A stretch of 59,040 nucleotides of DNA, filler included. It is 4 parts of 4 records of this genome, joined end to end, with 100 filler letters (N's around TTAATTAATTAA, not from the genome) between each part and the next. Parts side by side here need not be neighbours in the genome. Positions count along the whole stretch, not along the records: positions 16,538 to 28,445 come from SRR20825019_1670; positions 28,546 to 35,417 come from SRR20825019_1672; 2 more parts are not named here. The stretch is one strand, 5' to 3'. Positions 20,253 through 31,500 of the stretch are shown in pieces. Made by a program: the position numbers and the translations under genes. Below the pieces are notes generated by a model. It was not told where the DNA came from and searched no databases. It was given only the letters and a program-made list of their open reading frames with translations. Numbering within the stretch: the first letter of the stretch is position 1; each line of letters starts with the position of its first letter.

Positions 20253-21521
20253 TTAGACCGGTTCGCGGGCCATGACAAGGCAGGTGTTCTGTCCGCCGAA
20301 GCCAAACGAGTTGGAAAGAACGGTCGAAACCTGCGCTTCGCGCTTCACGTTTGGCACCACGTCAAGCTCGATCGCCGGGTCCGGCGTGTCATAGTTGATG
20401 GTGGGCGGAATGATGCCTTCACGCATGGTCATCAGTGAGAAAACGGCTTCGATGGCACCGGCTGCAGAGAGCGTGTGGCCAATCATCGACTTGTTGGAGG
20501 ATATTGGGGTGGTCTTCATGCGCTCGCCAAAGACGGTGGAAAGCGACAGATGCTCCATCTTGTCGTTCTCGGGCGTCGAGGTGCCGTGCGCGTTGACATA
20601 TTCGATCTCGTCTTCGGCCATGCCGGCGTCCGCAAGGGCAGCGCGCACCGCACCGATGGCGGGCGAGCCGTCGGGCTTGGAACGGGTGCGATGGAAATCA
20701 TCCGCCTTCTCGCCGCAGCCGCGCATGATGCCGAGGATTTCGGCACCGCGCGCAAGGGCGCTTTCCAGAGATTCGAGCACCAGCGCGCCGGCACCTTCCG
20801 CCAGAACGAACCCGCTGCGATCCTTGGAGAAAGGACGCGATGCCTTTTCCGGCGCGTCGTTCTGGGTGGTGAGGGCGGACAGAAGCGAGAAACGGATGAG
20901 CGCTTCGGCTGTTGCCGATCCGTCCGCACCGATGGCGAGCGCCCGGTCGCATTCGCCACGACGGATCGCCTCCGCGCCCAACTGGATCGCGGTCGCACCC
21001 GACGCGCAGGCAGTCGACATGGTGATGGGCAGTCCGCGTGTTCCGTAGCGCTCGGCAAGCCTGTCGGCGATGGTGCCGAACTGGCTTTCCTCAAAAAGCT
21101 CCATGGCGCGGGCTTCCCTTGCTGCTTCGATGAGCGAGGGATTGCCGTTGTGACTACGGGCTTTGGCGTAAAGCGCTAGACGGTGATGCCAGTCTAGCTC
21201 AACCGGAGGCGCTGCCAGAAAGAGCGGTCCACCGAAATCGGAGGCGGGCAGACCGGACTGTTCGATGGCTTCCGCGGCCACGAGATCGGCGAGGTGGTGC
21301 GTGTGGACGCTCGCCCCTTTCGTGCTCGACGGCAGGAAATCGACCATGCCGGAAATCGTGGTGGCCAGATGATCGGTGGGAAAGCGCGTGATGGGGTGGA
21401 TGCCGGACCGCCCGTTTATCAGCGCATCCCAGTTCTCTGCGCGGCCCTGGCCGAGAGAGGTGACGACACCCATTCCGGTGACGGCGATAACGGGTCTTCC
21501 AAAGCTGTCGGTCGTTTTCAC
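20253..21521 (-). CDS. fabF: Beta-ketoacyl-ACP synthase (FabF1XL-like)
   Basis: STACASGA (catalytic Cys), VNAHGTST, KSMIGHTLSAAG, SNSFGFGGQN. Confidence 0.92.
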   Translation of the reverse strand: MKTTDSFGRPVIAVTGMGVVTSLGQGRAENWDALINGRSGIHPITRFPTDHLATTISGMVDFLPSSTKGASVHTHHLADLVAAEAIEQSGLPASDFGGPLFLAAPPVELDWHHRLALYAKARSHNGNPSLIEAAREARAMELFEESQFGTIADRLAERYGTRGLPITMSTACASGATAIQLGAEAIRRGECDRALAIGADGSATAEALIRFSLLSALTTQNDAPEKASRPFSKDRSGFVLAEGAGALVLESLESALARGAEILGIMRGCGEKADDFHRTRSKPDGSPAIGAVRAALADAGMAEDEIEYVNAHGTSTPENDKMEHLSLSTVFGERMKTTPISSNKSMIGHTLSAAGAIEAVFSLMTMREGIIPPTINYDTPDPAIELDVVPNVKREAQVSTVLSNSFGFGGQNTCLVMAREPV

Positions 21522-21559
21522 GGGATCGCTTTCTTCAAAATCCTCCGGGCCGGCGGGCG

Positions 21560-22747
21560 TCAGGCCCTTTTTATGAGGCCCATGCCTTCGTAGCAGTGGT
21601 AGCCAATGGACGTCGCCAGAACGGTATCGAGGCTACCGTCGAATGCAGCTTCGGTTGCACTGTCGAAGGCCGGGTAGGGGGTGCCATGATGCAGCGCAAG
21701 CGCTGCAAGCGCCACTGCAAAGGGAAACTGCGCTTCCTTCATGTGGCCGGTGAGCGTTGAGAAGCCGCGCAGCGCAACGTTGTCGTGACGGGAAAGCGCT
21801 TCGCGTTCGGCGGCCGTTGCCGCATCGGCGCCGGATGCGCCCGAAAGAGCCAGAACCGGGGTCTGGGGCAGAGGAAGCCGATCAAGCATCTCTGTGATAC
21901 CGGCGACCAGCGGTTCACTCCGGCGGCGCGTGCGGCGTGAGACAACCGGTCCCATCGAAGCGTAGGCGTTGCGGCCGCGCTTTTCCGCATGCTCGCGCGA
22001 TTCCAGAACCAGAAAAGAAGCGCCGGAACCAGTGACCACACCGCCGCCCTCTGCATCTGCGCGTTGCCAGACGGGCTTCCAGTCTTCGCGATGCAGAAAA
22101 CCGGCCAGTTCATAGGCAAGCAGCATGTCTGAATGCTCGGTCTGGAAGGATGCACCAACCAGAACATGCGAGGATTGTCCGGAGCGGATGCGCGCGGCAG
22201 CCGTCTCGATCGCCGAAACACCGGCACCTTCCTCGCCCATAAAGGTGCGGGAAGAACCGGTCACCTTGTGGACAATGGAAATGTTGCCCGCAAGAAGGTT
22301 GGAAAGCTGCGCAAGAAACAGCGTCGGCCGCAGCTCGGTGGTGAGCTTCTCGTTTAGCAGGATGTCATGGTCGTCACGCTCGAGCGATGCGGCGAGGATA
22401 GCCTCGTCCACGGTCTCGTCACGCTCGCCACCACCGGCAGCCACCACCATGTCCATGGTCGCGCAGAGCGCCTCGTCGTCCTTGAGCCCGGCATCGTCGA
22501 GCGCCAGCCCTGCAGCATAGGTGCCAAGGCGCTGCCACGTCTCCATCTGGCGCTGATCCCCGCGGCGGGGGATCTGCTGGCCCCAGTCGATCTCGGGCAG
22601 GGGATGAATGGTGTATGGCGCAAACCGGTCCCGATCGAGGACGGGAGAGGGCGTCTTCGCCGTGAGCGCCTGCCAGTGGGCGTCCGCGCCCTCGCCAAGC
22701 GAGGAAACAATGCCCATCCCGGTAATAACTACGTCGCGCGCGCTCAT
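21560..22747 (-). CDS. Degenerate beta-ketoacyl-ACP synthase partner (FabF2XL-like)
   Basis: VVITGMGIVSSLG, PTLFLAQLSNL; MGEEGAG replaces the catalytic Cys motif. Confidence 0.87.
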   Translation of the reverse strand: MSARDVVITGMGIVSSLGEGADAHWQALTAKTPSPVLDRDRFAPYTIHPLPEIDWGQQIPRRGDQRQMETWQRLGTYAAGLALDDAGLKDDEALCATMDMVVAAGGGERDETVDEAILAASLERDDHDILLNEKLTTELRPTLFLAQLSNLLAGNISIVHKVTGSSRTFMGEEGAGVSAIETAAARIRSGQSSHVLVGASFQTEHSDMLLAYELAGFLHREDWKPVWQRADAEGGGVVTGSGASFLVLESREHAEKRGRNAYASMGPVVSRRTRRRSEPLVAGITEMLDRLPLPQTPVLALSGASGADAATAAEREALSRHDNVALRGFSTLTGHMKEAQFPFAVALAALALHHGTPYPAFDSATEAAFDGSLDTVLATSIGYHCYEGMGLIKRA

Positions 22748-22781
22748 GCCGCTCCCTTCAACGGTCTACTGTCAGGAAAAC

Positions 22782-23060
22782 TCAGCCGGCCTTTGCAGCC
22801 ACCAGGTCGTCGATCTTGGCACAGAGGTTTTTCATGACGAAATACTCTTCCGTCGAAACCTTGCCGTCATTGACTTCCTGGGTCCACTTTTCGAGCGGAA
22901 CCTTAATCCCGAATTCCTTGTCGATGGCAAAGACGATGTCGAGGAAGTCGAGGCTGTCGATGCCCAGATCGTCGATGGTGTGGCTTTCGGGGGTGATTTT
23001 CTCGCGATCGATCTCGCTGGTCTCAGCGATGATGTCGGCAACCTTGTCGAATGTCGTCAC
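22782..23060 (-). CDS. acpXL: Specialised acyl carrier protein AcpXL
   Basis: [16 protein letters not shown]...[34 protein letters not shown]. Confidence 0.92.
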   Translation of the reverse strand: MTTFDKVADIIAETSEIDREKITPESHTIDDLGIDSLDFLDIVFAIDKEFGIKVPLEKWTQEVNDGKVSTEEYFVMKNLCAKIDDLVAAKAG

Positions 23061-23167
23061 GTGCGGCCCTCAGTCTGGGGAGATTCTCTTACAATAGGAT
23101 GATCGTGGGGTCTCTAATCGGTTTTTGCCGGTAGGAAAAGGGGCTATAGGTACCGCTGATGGCACGA

Positions 23168-23719
23168 TCAGTTGAATTTGATGCGCGCGGCCACGGCGAG
23201 ACTGTCGCCTCCGCGTGACAAAATAATGGCTTCGCCTTCTCGTGCGGGCGCACCGATCAACGCCTGGATGACTTCAAGATGGGTGATCAGAAACAGGTTT
23301 CCCGATCCGGTGTAGCTGTTGATTCGCTCCAGAATGTCCGCCTTCTGATTTTCCATGGCGCTCTCGTCTGATGGCAGGTCAAGCGCGGGGAAGGCTTCCA
23401 TCAATGTCGGGCCGAATGCCTGGGTTGCGGTGTCGCGGGTACGGCAATAGCGGCTGGCCAGGACCTTTTCCACCGGCGCCGCGCGCGCCTCGATGAGCGC
23501 GCCGATGCGTCGGGCCTGCAGGCGTCCGCGCTCGGAAAGGTTGCGTTGGGTGCCACATTTCTCAAGGTCGAAATTGGCCGGATCTCCGTTTCCCGGCGCA
23601 ATCGCGTGCCGCATCAGAACAACCTGTCCGCCGTTGCGCAACAGCGCCCACCCGGCCTCGGTTGCCTGCGCTGGAAGGACGCTGAAAACAAAAATGATGG
23701 CAACAAGCAGGCGAAGCAT
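23168..23719 (-). CDS. Exported histidine phosphatase family protein
   Basis: Signal peptide, LMRHA, QRNLS, SRYCRT, ITH. Confidence 0.82.
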   Translation of the reverse strand: MLRLLVAIIFVFSVLPAQATEAGWALLRNGGQVVLMRHAIAPGNGDPANFDLEKCGTQRNLSERGRLQARRIGALIEARAAPVEKVLASRYCRTRDTATQAFGPTLMEAFPALDLPSDESAMENQKADILERINSYTGSGNLFLITHLEVIQALIGAPAREGEAIILSRGGDSLAVAARIKFN

Positions 23720-23849
23720 AGGGCAATCCTCAAACTATTCTTCCTAGCATATAGGCACAGGGACCGGACTTGAAAGCCGCCTTGCTGCCCTGAGTGGATT
23801 TGTCTGACTGATGGTTTCCCTTGGCAACCATTGCGGCTAAACAGTCTGC

Positions 23850-24791
23850 ATGTCTCCGCTTGTTGAAACCGTTTCCTTCGTTTTTGGGCTTGTTGCATTC
23901 GGCTATGTGGCCGGCTGGACCGGTCTGCTAAAGCCGCAGACGGGTGACGCCCTGAGCGAATTCGCCGTGACCATCGCTGTGCCACTTCTGCTTTTCCGTA
24001 CGATGGCGGGGGCGGCATTTGACGGCAGCCTGCCATGGGCCCTCTGGACCACCTATTTTACCGCCGTCGCCGTCGCCTGGGTGGCGGGGCATTTTACGAT
24101 TGTCCATCTGTTCGGGCGCGATGCCCGCGCCGGCGTGGTTGCCGGTCTCTCCACGAGTTTTTCCAACCTCGTCCTTCTTGGCATCCCCTTCATGCTCGGC
24201 GTGTTCGGCCAGGAGGGGTTTGAGATCCTGTCGCTGATCGTGTCGATCCATCTGCCGATCATGATGGGAATGTCGATTCTGCTGTTCGCGCTTGTCGGTC
24301 GCAAGGGCGGGAGTGCGCTTTCGGTTCTCCGCGAGTTTCTGACAAAGCTTTTTTCCAGTCCGCTGATCATCGGCATCGTTGCAGGCCTGCTCTGGCGTTT
24401 CTCGGGGTTTCAAATGCCGGCTCTCGGTACCCGGTTTGTCGATGCGCTTGCCAATGTCGCCGGCCCCGTTGCGCTTTTCGCCATGGGCCTCGGATTGCGC
24501 CGGTTTGGCATTTCGGGCGATGTGCGGCCCGCAATCGTGATTGCCGGGCTGAAACTTTTCCTGATGCCTGCCGTTGCCCTTGGTGTGGCGCTTGTGATTG
24601 GCCTGCCGGTCTTCAGCGCGCAGATCGCCGTCATTGCCGCAAGCCTGCCGTCAGGGGTGAATCCGTATCTGATTGCCTCGCGCTTCGGTACGGGGCAGGC
24701 GCTCGCTTCCAACGCGATGACCATCGCCACGGCTCTGGCGGTGCTATCGGCCGCGTTCTGGCTATCGGTGCTTCACTGGCTCTATCAATGA
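23850..24791 (+). CDS. AEC (auxin efflux carrier/malate permease) family transporter
   Basis: About 10 TM; AVPLLLF, FSNLVLLGIP, SPLIIG, PVALFAMG, KLFLMP, LPSGVN. Confidence 0.88.
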   Translation: MSPLVETVSFVFGLVAFGYVAGWTGLLKPQTGDALSEFAVTIAVPLLLFRTMAGAAFDGSLPWALWTTYFTAVAVAWVAGHFTIVHLFGRDARAGVVAGLSTSFSNLVLLGIPFMLGVFGQEGFEILSLIVSIHLPIMMGMSILLFALVGRKGGSALSVLREFLTKLFSSPLIIGIVAGLLWRFSGFQMPALGTRFVDALANVAGPVALFAMGLGLRRFGISGDVRPAIVIAGLKLFLMPAVALGVALVIGLPVFSAQIAVIAASLPSGVNPYLIASRFGTGQALASNAMTIATALAVLSAAFWLSVLHWLYQ

Positions 24792-24854
24792 GGCCAGCTA
24801 GCCTCTAGCCGGGATAGCGGAGGACGGTACGGTGCCGCGCAAACACAGGAGAAG

Positions 24855-26318
24855 ATGCAGATGCTTCAGAAGACCAGTCATTTCATGCGCCAGGCAAATT
24901 TCATTGACGGAGCCTGGGTGAAGGCGGATTCGGGTCAGACCATTGATGTCGTCAATCCCGCCAATGGCCAGACGATCGGCACCGTGCCACGGGCAGGCAC
25001 GGCCGAAACCCGGCGTGCCATCGAGGCCGCCGACGCCGCTTTCCATTCCTGGAAAAGAACCTCCGCTGACCATCGTGCCAAGCTTCTGCGCAAACTGCAT
25101 GATGCCATTATGGACAATCAGGACGCACTTGCCGAACTCCTGGTGATGGAGCAGGGCAAGTCCCTTGCCGAGGCCAAGGGCGAGGTGGGCATGTCGGCTG
25201 CCTACATTCTCTGGTACGCCGAAGAGGGACGCCGGGTCTATGGCGATGTGGTGCCTTCGCCCTGGGCGGACCGACGCATTCTGGTGACCAAGGAACCGGT
25301 CGGGGTCATCGGCGCGATCACGCCATGGAATTTTCCGTCCTCAATGCTGGCGCGCAAGCTCGGCCCGGCACTTGCATCCGGCTGTACTGCCGTTGCCAAA
25401 CCCGCTTCGCAGACACCGTATTCCGGGCTCGCCTGGGGTGTTTTGTGCGAAGAGGCGGGGTTTCCAAAAGGTGTCGTGAACATCGTCACCGGCGCGGCTT
25501 CTGAAATCGGCGATGAGCTTTGCGAGAACCCGCTTGTCCGCAAGATCACGTTCACCGGTTCCACCGAGGTGGGAAAGACGCTGATTGAAAAGACGGCGGG
25601 GACGGTGAAGAAGGTGTCCATGGAATTGGGCGGAAACGCACCTTTCATCGTTTTCGACGACGCGGATATCGACCGCGCTGTCGAAGGTGCGATTGCAGCC
25701 AAGTACCGCAACTCCGGCCAGACCTGCGTCTGTACCAACCGGTTTTTCGTGCAGGCGGGCATCTACGACACGTTTGTAGAGAAGCTCTCGGCCGCTGCCG
25801 AAAAGCTGAAAGTAGGGTCGGGCCTTGAGGAAGGAACCCAGCAGGGGCCACTGATCGATGAGAAGGCGATCGAGAAGGTCGAGGAGCTCATTGCGGACGC
25901 CACCAGCAAGGGAGCCAAGGTCACTGCCGGCGGCGCGCGCCATCCACTGGGAGGCTCATTCTTCCAGCCGACCGTGATCTCCAACGCAACGCCCGACATG
26001 CGCTTTATGCAGGAAGAGATTTTCGGTCCCGTCGCGCCGGTGTTCCGGTTCGAGACGGAAGAAGAGGCAATCAATCTTGCCAACGACACCGTGCTTGGTC
26101 TTGCCTGCTATTTCTACACCGGCGATCTGGGACGGGCCTTCCGCGTTATGGAAGGGCTGAAATACGGCCTGGTCGGGGTAAACGAGGGCATTATCACCAC
26201 GGTCGAAGCGCCGTTTGGCGGCCTCAAGGAATCGGGCCTCGGCAAGGAAGGCGGACATCAGGGCATCGAAGATTATCTCGATACAAAATATGTCTGCATC
26301 GGCGGACTGGGGCTCTAG
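24855..26318 (+). CDS. gabD: NAD(P)-dependent succinate-semialdehyde dehydrogenase
   Basis: ITPWNFP, FTGSTEVG, MELGGNAP, RNSGQTCVC, EEIFGP, PFGGLKESGLGKEG. Confidence 0.92.
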   Translation: MQMLQKTSHFMRQANFIDGAWVKADSGQTIDVVNPANGQTIGTVPRAGTAETRRAIEAADAAFHSWKRTSADHRAKLLRKLHDAIMDNQDALAELLVMEQGKSLAEAKGEVGMSAAYILWYAEEGRRVYGDVVPSPWADRRILVTKEPVGVIGAITPWNFPSSMLARKLGPALASGCTAVAKPASQTPYSGLAWGVLCEEAGFPKGVVNIVTGAASEIGDELCENPLVRKITFTGSTEVGKTLIEKTAGTVKKVSMELGGNAPFIVFDDADIDRAVEGAIAAKYRNSGQTCVCTNRFFVQAGIYDTFVEKLSAAAEKLKVGSGLEEGTQQGPLIDEKAIEKVEELIADATSKGAKVTAGGARHPLGGSFFQPTVISNATPDMRFMQEEIFGPVAPVFRFETEEEAINLANDTVLGLACYFYTGDLGRAFRVMEGLKYGLVGVNEGIITTVEAPFGGLKESGLGKEGGHQGIEDYLDTKYVCIGGLGL

Positions 26319-26678
26319 GGGCAGGGGGAACGGATTGCTCCGGAAGATGATACATTGATGCGAGGCGATGCGAGGCAGGCCGCTGGCACGGGTGTCTGTG
26401 CACAGCGGTCATGTCCGCCTGCGATGCGCCGCCATTTCTGCAACTTTGTGAACATGTTCTCGGTCCACTCACGCTGCTCGAAGGGGGCGTTTGAAGAACG
26501 GCCCGGTGGGTTTCGTTCCTTCGGAGGTCGTGTTCACGCATTGTTTTATGCGGACCATCGGACGCGTGTTTGAACTCACTGCCGTCGTTGCCTCTTTTGC
26601 TGATGCGAATGACCGGTTTGCGGGACCTAGTTGCCTTGCGTCTCGATGATTTGTGTGTCCGCTACCAGTTTAAAGACG

Positions 26679-27557
26679 TCAGGCATCTTCAGCGGAGCGC
26701 GTCTTTAGCCACGACATGACCTCACTCACGGGCCGGTTGTTCTTTGCGGTGCGAGGGATGAGGACGTAGAAGTCATTTCCGCTGGCCTCCCACATCTTAC
26801 CAACCTCGACCAAACGACCGGCTTCAAGGTCTTGCGCCACCAGAAATCGACTGACCAAGGCCACACCCTGACCGGCGATGGCTGCATCCACTGCGAGAGA
26901 GGTCTGACTCAAGCGAAGACCGCGAGGCGATTGGTCTTGCACGCCCAAGAACGCAAGATAACTTGGCCATAGGTCGTGAGTATCGTGGATCTTCGGCTGT
27001 TTGGACAGAGCTCCAGGATCGAGCGGATGACCGCCGAGGCCTGCAAGCTTTGGCGAAGCAACCGCTATCAGTGTCTGCTTGAAAAGCAACGTCACGTCCA
27101 ACGACGCGCCAAATGGCGGCGATCCCTGCCGTACCGCAAGGTCGATCCCATCGCTGTGAAAGCTTGAAACTTTGTCGGTGGCCATGATCCGTAGATCGAT
27201 ATCCGGGTGCGTTGCCGTGAAGTCTGGAAGATTTGGAATCAGCCATTTTGCGGCGAACGTTGGGGTTACGCTGACGACGACTTTGTTGGGCTCCGGCTTC
27301 AACTCGGCGGTTGCCGCGCGAAGATCCGCGAAGACCCCTGCAATCCGGCTGTGAAAGCTGCGTCCGACCGATGTGAACACCAAGCCCTTCGGCACACGTT
27401 CGAACAAGATGACATCCAGATGGGCCTCGAGTTGGCGAACCTGTTGCGCAACGGCCCCTTGTGTGACGCCCAGCTCATCGGCAGCGGCGCGGAAACTGAG
27501 GCGACGACCTGCTGCATCAAATGCGCGCAAGCTGTTGAGAGGAGGAAGGTCAGTCAT
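26679..27557 (-). CDS. GcvA-type LysR transcriptional regulator
   Basis: LPPLNSLRAFDAAGRRLSFRAAADELGVTQGAVAQQVRQLE. Confidence 0.92.
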   Translation of the reverse strand: MTDLPPLNSLRAFDAAGRRLSFRAAADELGVTQGAVAQQVRQLEAHLDVILFERVPKGLVFTSVGRSFHSRIAGVFADLRAATAELKPEPNKVVVSVTPTFAAKWLIPNLPDFTATHPDIDLRIMATDKVSSFHSDGIDLAVRQGSPPFGASLDVTLLFKQTLIAVASPKLAGLGGHPLDPGALSKQPKIHDTHDLWPSYLAFLGVQDQSPRGLRLSQTSLAVDAAIAGQGVALVSRFLVAQDLEAGRLVEVGKMWEASGNDFYVLIPRTAKNNRPVSEVMSWLKTRSAEDA

Positions 27558-27654
27558 TGCACAATAGTAATTCTACAGGTTCAAAACAGCAAACCTGAAT
27601 CGAAATCGCTCCAAATCCGTGTCATTTCTCCAGAAATCATAGAGGATTTCAATC

Positions 27655-28359
27655 ATGGCAGTAGAAAAAGTGGCGCTGATAACGGCTGGAGGCAGCGGTA
27701 TGGGTGCAGATGCAGCACGAAGGTTGGCCGCAGATGGGTTCAAGGTCGGCATCCTCTCATCGTCAGGCAAGGGCGAAGCGCTCGGTGCAAAGTTAGGCGG
27801 TTTTGGGGTGACCGGCTCCAATCTTGATGGCGAAGCCCTGACCGCGTTGATCGAGGGTGCTAAGGATCGCTGGGGCCGTGTTGATGTATTGGTGAACTCG
27901 GCGGGCCACGGGCCGAAGGGCCCGGTTCTGGAGATCAGTGATGAAGACTGGCATCACGGCATGGAAGTCTACTTGATGAATGTGATCCGACCGGCACGGC
28001 TCATCACACCACTGATGGAAGCGCAGGGTGGCGGAGCGATCATCAACATCTCAACCTTCGCGGCGTTTGAGCCCGACCCGCTCTTTCCAACATCGGGCGT
28101 CTTTCGGGCAGGGCTGGCAGCCTTCGCAAAGCTTTACTCAGATAAGTATGCGCCACAAAACATCCGTATGAACAACGTGCTTCCTGGCTTCATAGATAGT
28201 CTTCCCGAAACAGAAGATCGCAAGGCGCGCATTCCAATGGGCCGTTATGGCTATGCATCGGAAGTGTCTTCGCTGATTTCATGGCTCGCCTCTGAAGATG
28301 GAGGCTATATGACAGGCCAAAACCTGCGCATAGACTGGGGGCTGACTCGGGCCGTCTGA
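27655..28359 (+). CDS. SDR family oxidoreductase
   Basis: TAGGSGMG, LVNSAG, NIS, NNVLPG, TGQNLRID; the catalytic YxxxK appears as SGVFR. Confidence 0.9.
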   Translation: MAVEKVALITAGGSGMGADAARRLAADGFKVGILSSSGKGEALGAKLGGFGVTGSNLDGEALTALIEGAKDRWGRVDVLVNSAGHGPKGPVLEISDEDWHHGMEVYLMNVIRPARLITPLMEAQGGGAIINISTFAAFEPDPLFPTSGVFRAGLAAFAKLYSDKYAPQNIRMNNVLPGFIDSLPETEDRKARIPMGRYGYASEVSSLISWLASEDGGYMTGQNLRIDWGLTRAV

Positions 28360-28445
28360 AATCATCGCCTGTGAATCATAGCGCGATCGCCCTGTTTTTG
28401 CGGTCAACTGGGGCGCATCTGCCGTTCAGATCATGGGATACACCG

Positions 28446-28545
28446 NNNNNNNNNNNNNNNNNNNNNNNNNNNNNNNNNNNNNNNNNNNNTTAATTAATTA
28501 ANNNNNNNNNNNNNNNNNNNNNNNNNNNNNNNNNNNNNNNNNNNN
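28446..28545. other. Artificial contig spacer
   Basis: N-run / TTAATTAATTAA / N-run. Confidence 0.98.
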
Positions 28546-31500
28546 CACGGGGCCCAGTATGGCGTGCTGCATCCCTACTACCGCCACTCTGTCAACAAAC
28601 TCCGTAATGGGGTGTTCTGGGGCCTAGGAGGGGTGGCCATCACCGCATGTATCACCCTCTCCAAGTATGAGGACTTTGACCGCGGGGTACGCTGGTCAGA
28701 AAGCTATGCCCCTCTTATCTTGGTCTGTATCCTAGGTATCGCCTTTGGGGTGTTAGGGGCCCTGTTCCCCGAGCTGCGGGTTAATAGCTCCCTCAAGGAA
28801 GCCTTTGGGGAGTTAGATATTGGTAGTATTATACACGACTCCCAGAGAGCCTTCCCCAAGGGCCTCCCCACCAACGACCTAGTATTCAGCGCACACAAGT
28901 CCATCGAATCCCACCTAGCCCCCTTCGGCAACCACCACCCCACCGAGGACGAATCCAATCGCAATATCTGCATCTTACGCCCTTTCTTTAGTAGGGTGGT
29001 GTTCCCCTCTGATGTAGAGGTATCTGCTCGGTTCCTCAGTACCTTTAGGAAGGGCTATGGGGGTGTTCCCACCGAGGCTATGACCTCCTATGCCGCCCGC
29101 ATCTACACCAAGGGCATGGCCAGATTTCGCAACAATGCCAACATCATGTACCACTTCTCCCAGTTTCTTCTATTTTATGCCCACAAGCATAGGATGGCCC
29201 TTACTGAGGTAGAGACCGTGTTGCGACTAGATAGCTGTGGTATTCTACTGGGGTACAGGGTTACACGGCTCCATATCCGCCTGAAGGGGTTCCTCAACCT
29301 GGCCGACAGCACCGTCCTCAAGCTCCTCAACTCCTCCCTACGTCTTCATAAGGAGATCTTGAGTCACATGGCACTCTTCTGGGGAAAGCTCCTCTATCAA
29401 AACGTGGATACCGTCCAGCTAGCCCACATTGCCAATCTCATCACGAGCAGGAGGGAGCAGGCTGCGGATCAGTTCCACAGGGCCCTGCAAACCCCCAACA
29501 ACAACACCCTCCTAAAATATGCCCGCTTTCTGGAGCAGGTCATGCTCGATACCAAAACGAGCAGGTCCATCAAGGACCGTATTGCGGAGGAGGCTGAGGT
29601 ACGAAGGCAGCAAACTCTGAGAGGTAAGTCAAACGTCATCGAAGCCTCAACGTTCTCTAGTAACGCCTCAGGTACCGCAGATAACAGCTACTTCGAGGAC
29701 CTAGAGCGGCAGGTGGAGGACCAGAATAGTGAGTTTGCACGCCGCACCAGCTCCATCCGAAACCTCTCCGTCACCATGTCGATTATGTTTGTTGCCTTCG
29801 TGTTGGTGGCTTCTGGATCATTGGTGTACGAGCAGCTACGCACAGCTGCCCTTTCCAATGTATATGAGAGGCAACGTGTGGCAGGAGATGCCCGTACATA
29901 CTGCGGTCTTAGCGCCTTCTACGCAAACGAAGTCCTCTTCGAGCTCAACAGTGCCAGCACAGATGGTGTCAGACTAGAGTCGCTAAGGGTATCTCTAGCC
30001 GACGCCAGCAGTAAGTTTTATGACGTACATCGGCGCCTTTCGACGGGGGACCTCTCCTCCTCGAAGGGAGAGCTTGCTGCCCATTTTACTACTGCCAGGG
30101 TGGAGGTACTAGAGCCCGACTTTACCAACTCGTCCCTTTCCAGAGATCGTACCCGTTCGGTCCTAAGCCTTTGGAACGCGGGTAATCGACTCTCTAACGT
30201 CCAAGCACAGCTTGACGTCGCACTTTTACCGCCAACTGGTACTACCACAGGTACCACCGCCTTCCTTACAGCGGATAGGAAGACAAGCGCGGTATCTGCA
30301 TCGACATTCATTGTACTCAACTTTCTTGGGGACCTCGGAGCCGCTTTAAACCAAACTGCAGTGTTGGTGGAGTCCGCGTCCATCAACGACCACCTGTTAT
30401 ACTTTTGGATTGCCACCGCGTTATTCGTCGCTTCCCAGATTATTGTATTCTTTGTGTTTACGTTGATGGTTGTGCACTTCCAACGCATTGCCTCGTCGAA
30501 GCTGTCCGCCCTTAGTCTCTTCTCCCTAATCCCTCGGTCATACCTTGAGCAGCTCCACCAGGTAAGTATGGACCGTGTGGAGCAGTTCGAGGCCGAGGTC
30601 GACGAGGACAACGGCCACATTGCCTCTTTCAATGCTACAGGGGACCAACCCAAGCCCGATGGGCCCATCCCCAGTAGTACATCGGTAAGCCGACACACAG
30701 CCGCCTCCTTATCCCCCCAGCCAGGCAGGGCTGCACCCCCCACCCCCACCCGACTCAAGGATCTCACTAGCGACGGTAAGGCCCTTGAGGTTGCCCGCCC
30801 TGTTAGCGATATGGCCTCCTGGGAGGTTGTGGAGCAGATCGACGACAAGCATAGTGAGTCCTCTTGGGATGGGGACCAGTCATCGGAGGATGCGCCCCTT
30901 ATTAAAAATTGGGTATCGGACGGGTTCAAATATTTTTGGAAGGGTCTCATGCGGCAGTTATTCATACTTAGCATCGCCCTCATCACCGTCGCACTCGTCG
31001 CCGCAGTATTTGGGCTTGTGTACCACATGGGCATCGTTTCCTCCAATCTTGCTGAGGCCTATGCTGACCGATCCGACTATGAGAGGGCACACAGTTCTAT
31101 GTATACGTCCATCAACGACCTTACCCGCTGTGGTCAGGGGTACACCATTGACGGGGATGTCTCCTACCTGCGATGCTACTACCTCGAAAGAGAGAGTGAG
31201 TATAGGGTAGATAGGACATACTCAGCTATGCGCGATAAGGAGAAGAACCCAACCGCACTGCTACTCCTCTCCCAGATGCGAGATGTGGCTGCGTCGATGA
31301 TTACCCGCCAGACCACCGCCATATGGCTCACCTCGGAGGCATACAACCTCACTTCCACCTACAGCGCACTCTTACACTCACTGGGAGCTTCTCGAGGGGG
31401 CCCACTACTTAATGCCACCAGTGTCTCCGCGGTGGTGAGTGCTGCCTTTGCTAGCTTTGCGGTCAACCCTAGCCCTGCCCCATATGTCGACAGAGATGTA

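Noticed and set aside
3451-26258. Many long antisense or alternate-frame ORFs (e.g. 4813-5997, 8176-9429, 15056-16489, 19173-20438)
   Set aside because: Shadow ORFs of GC-rich genes; they overlap well-supported CDSs and show no motifs.
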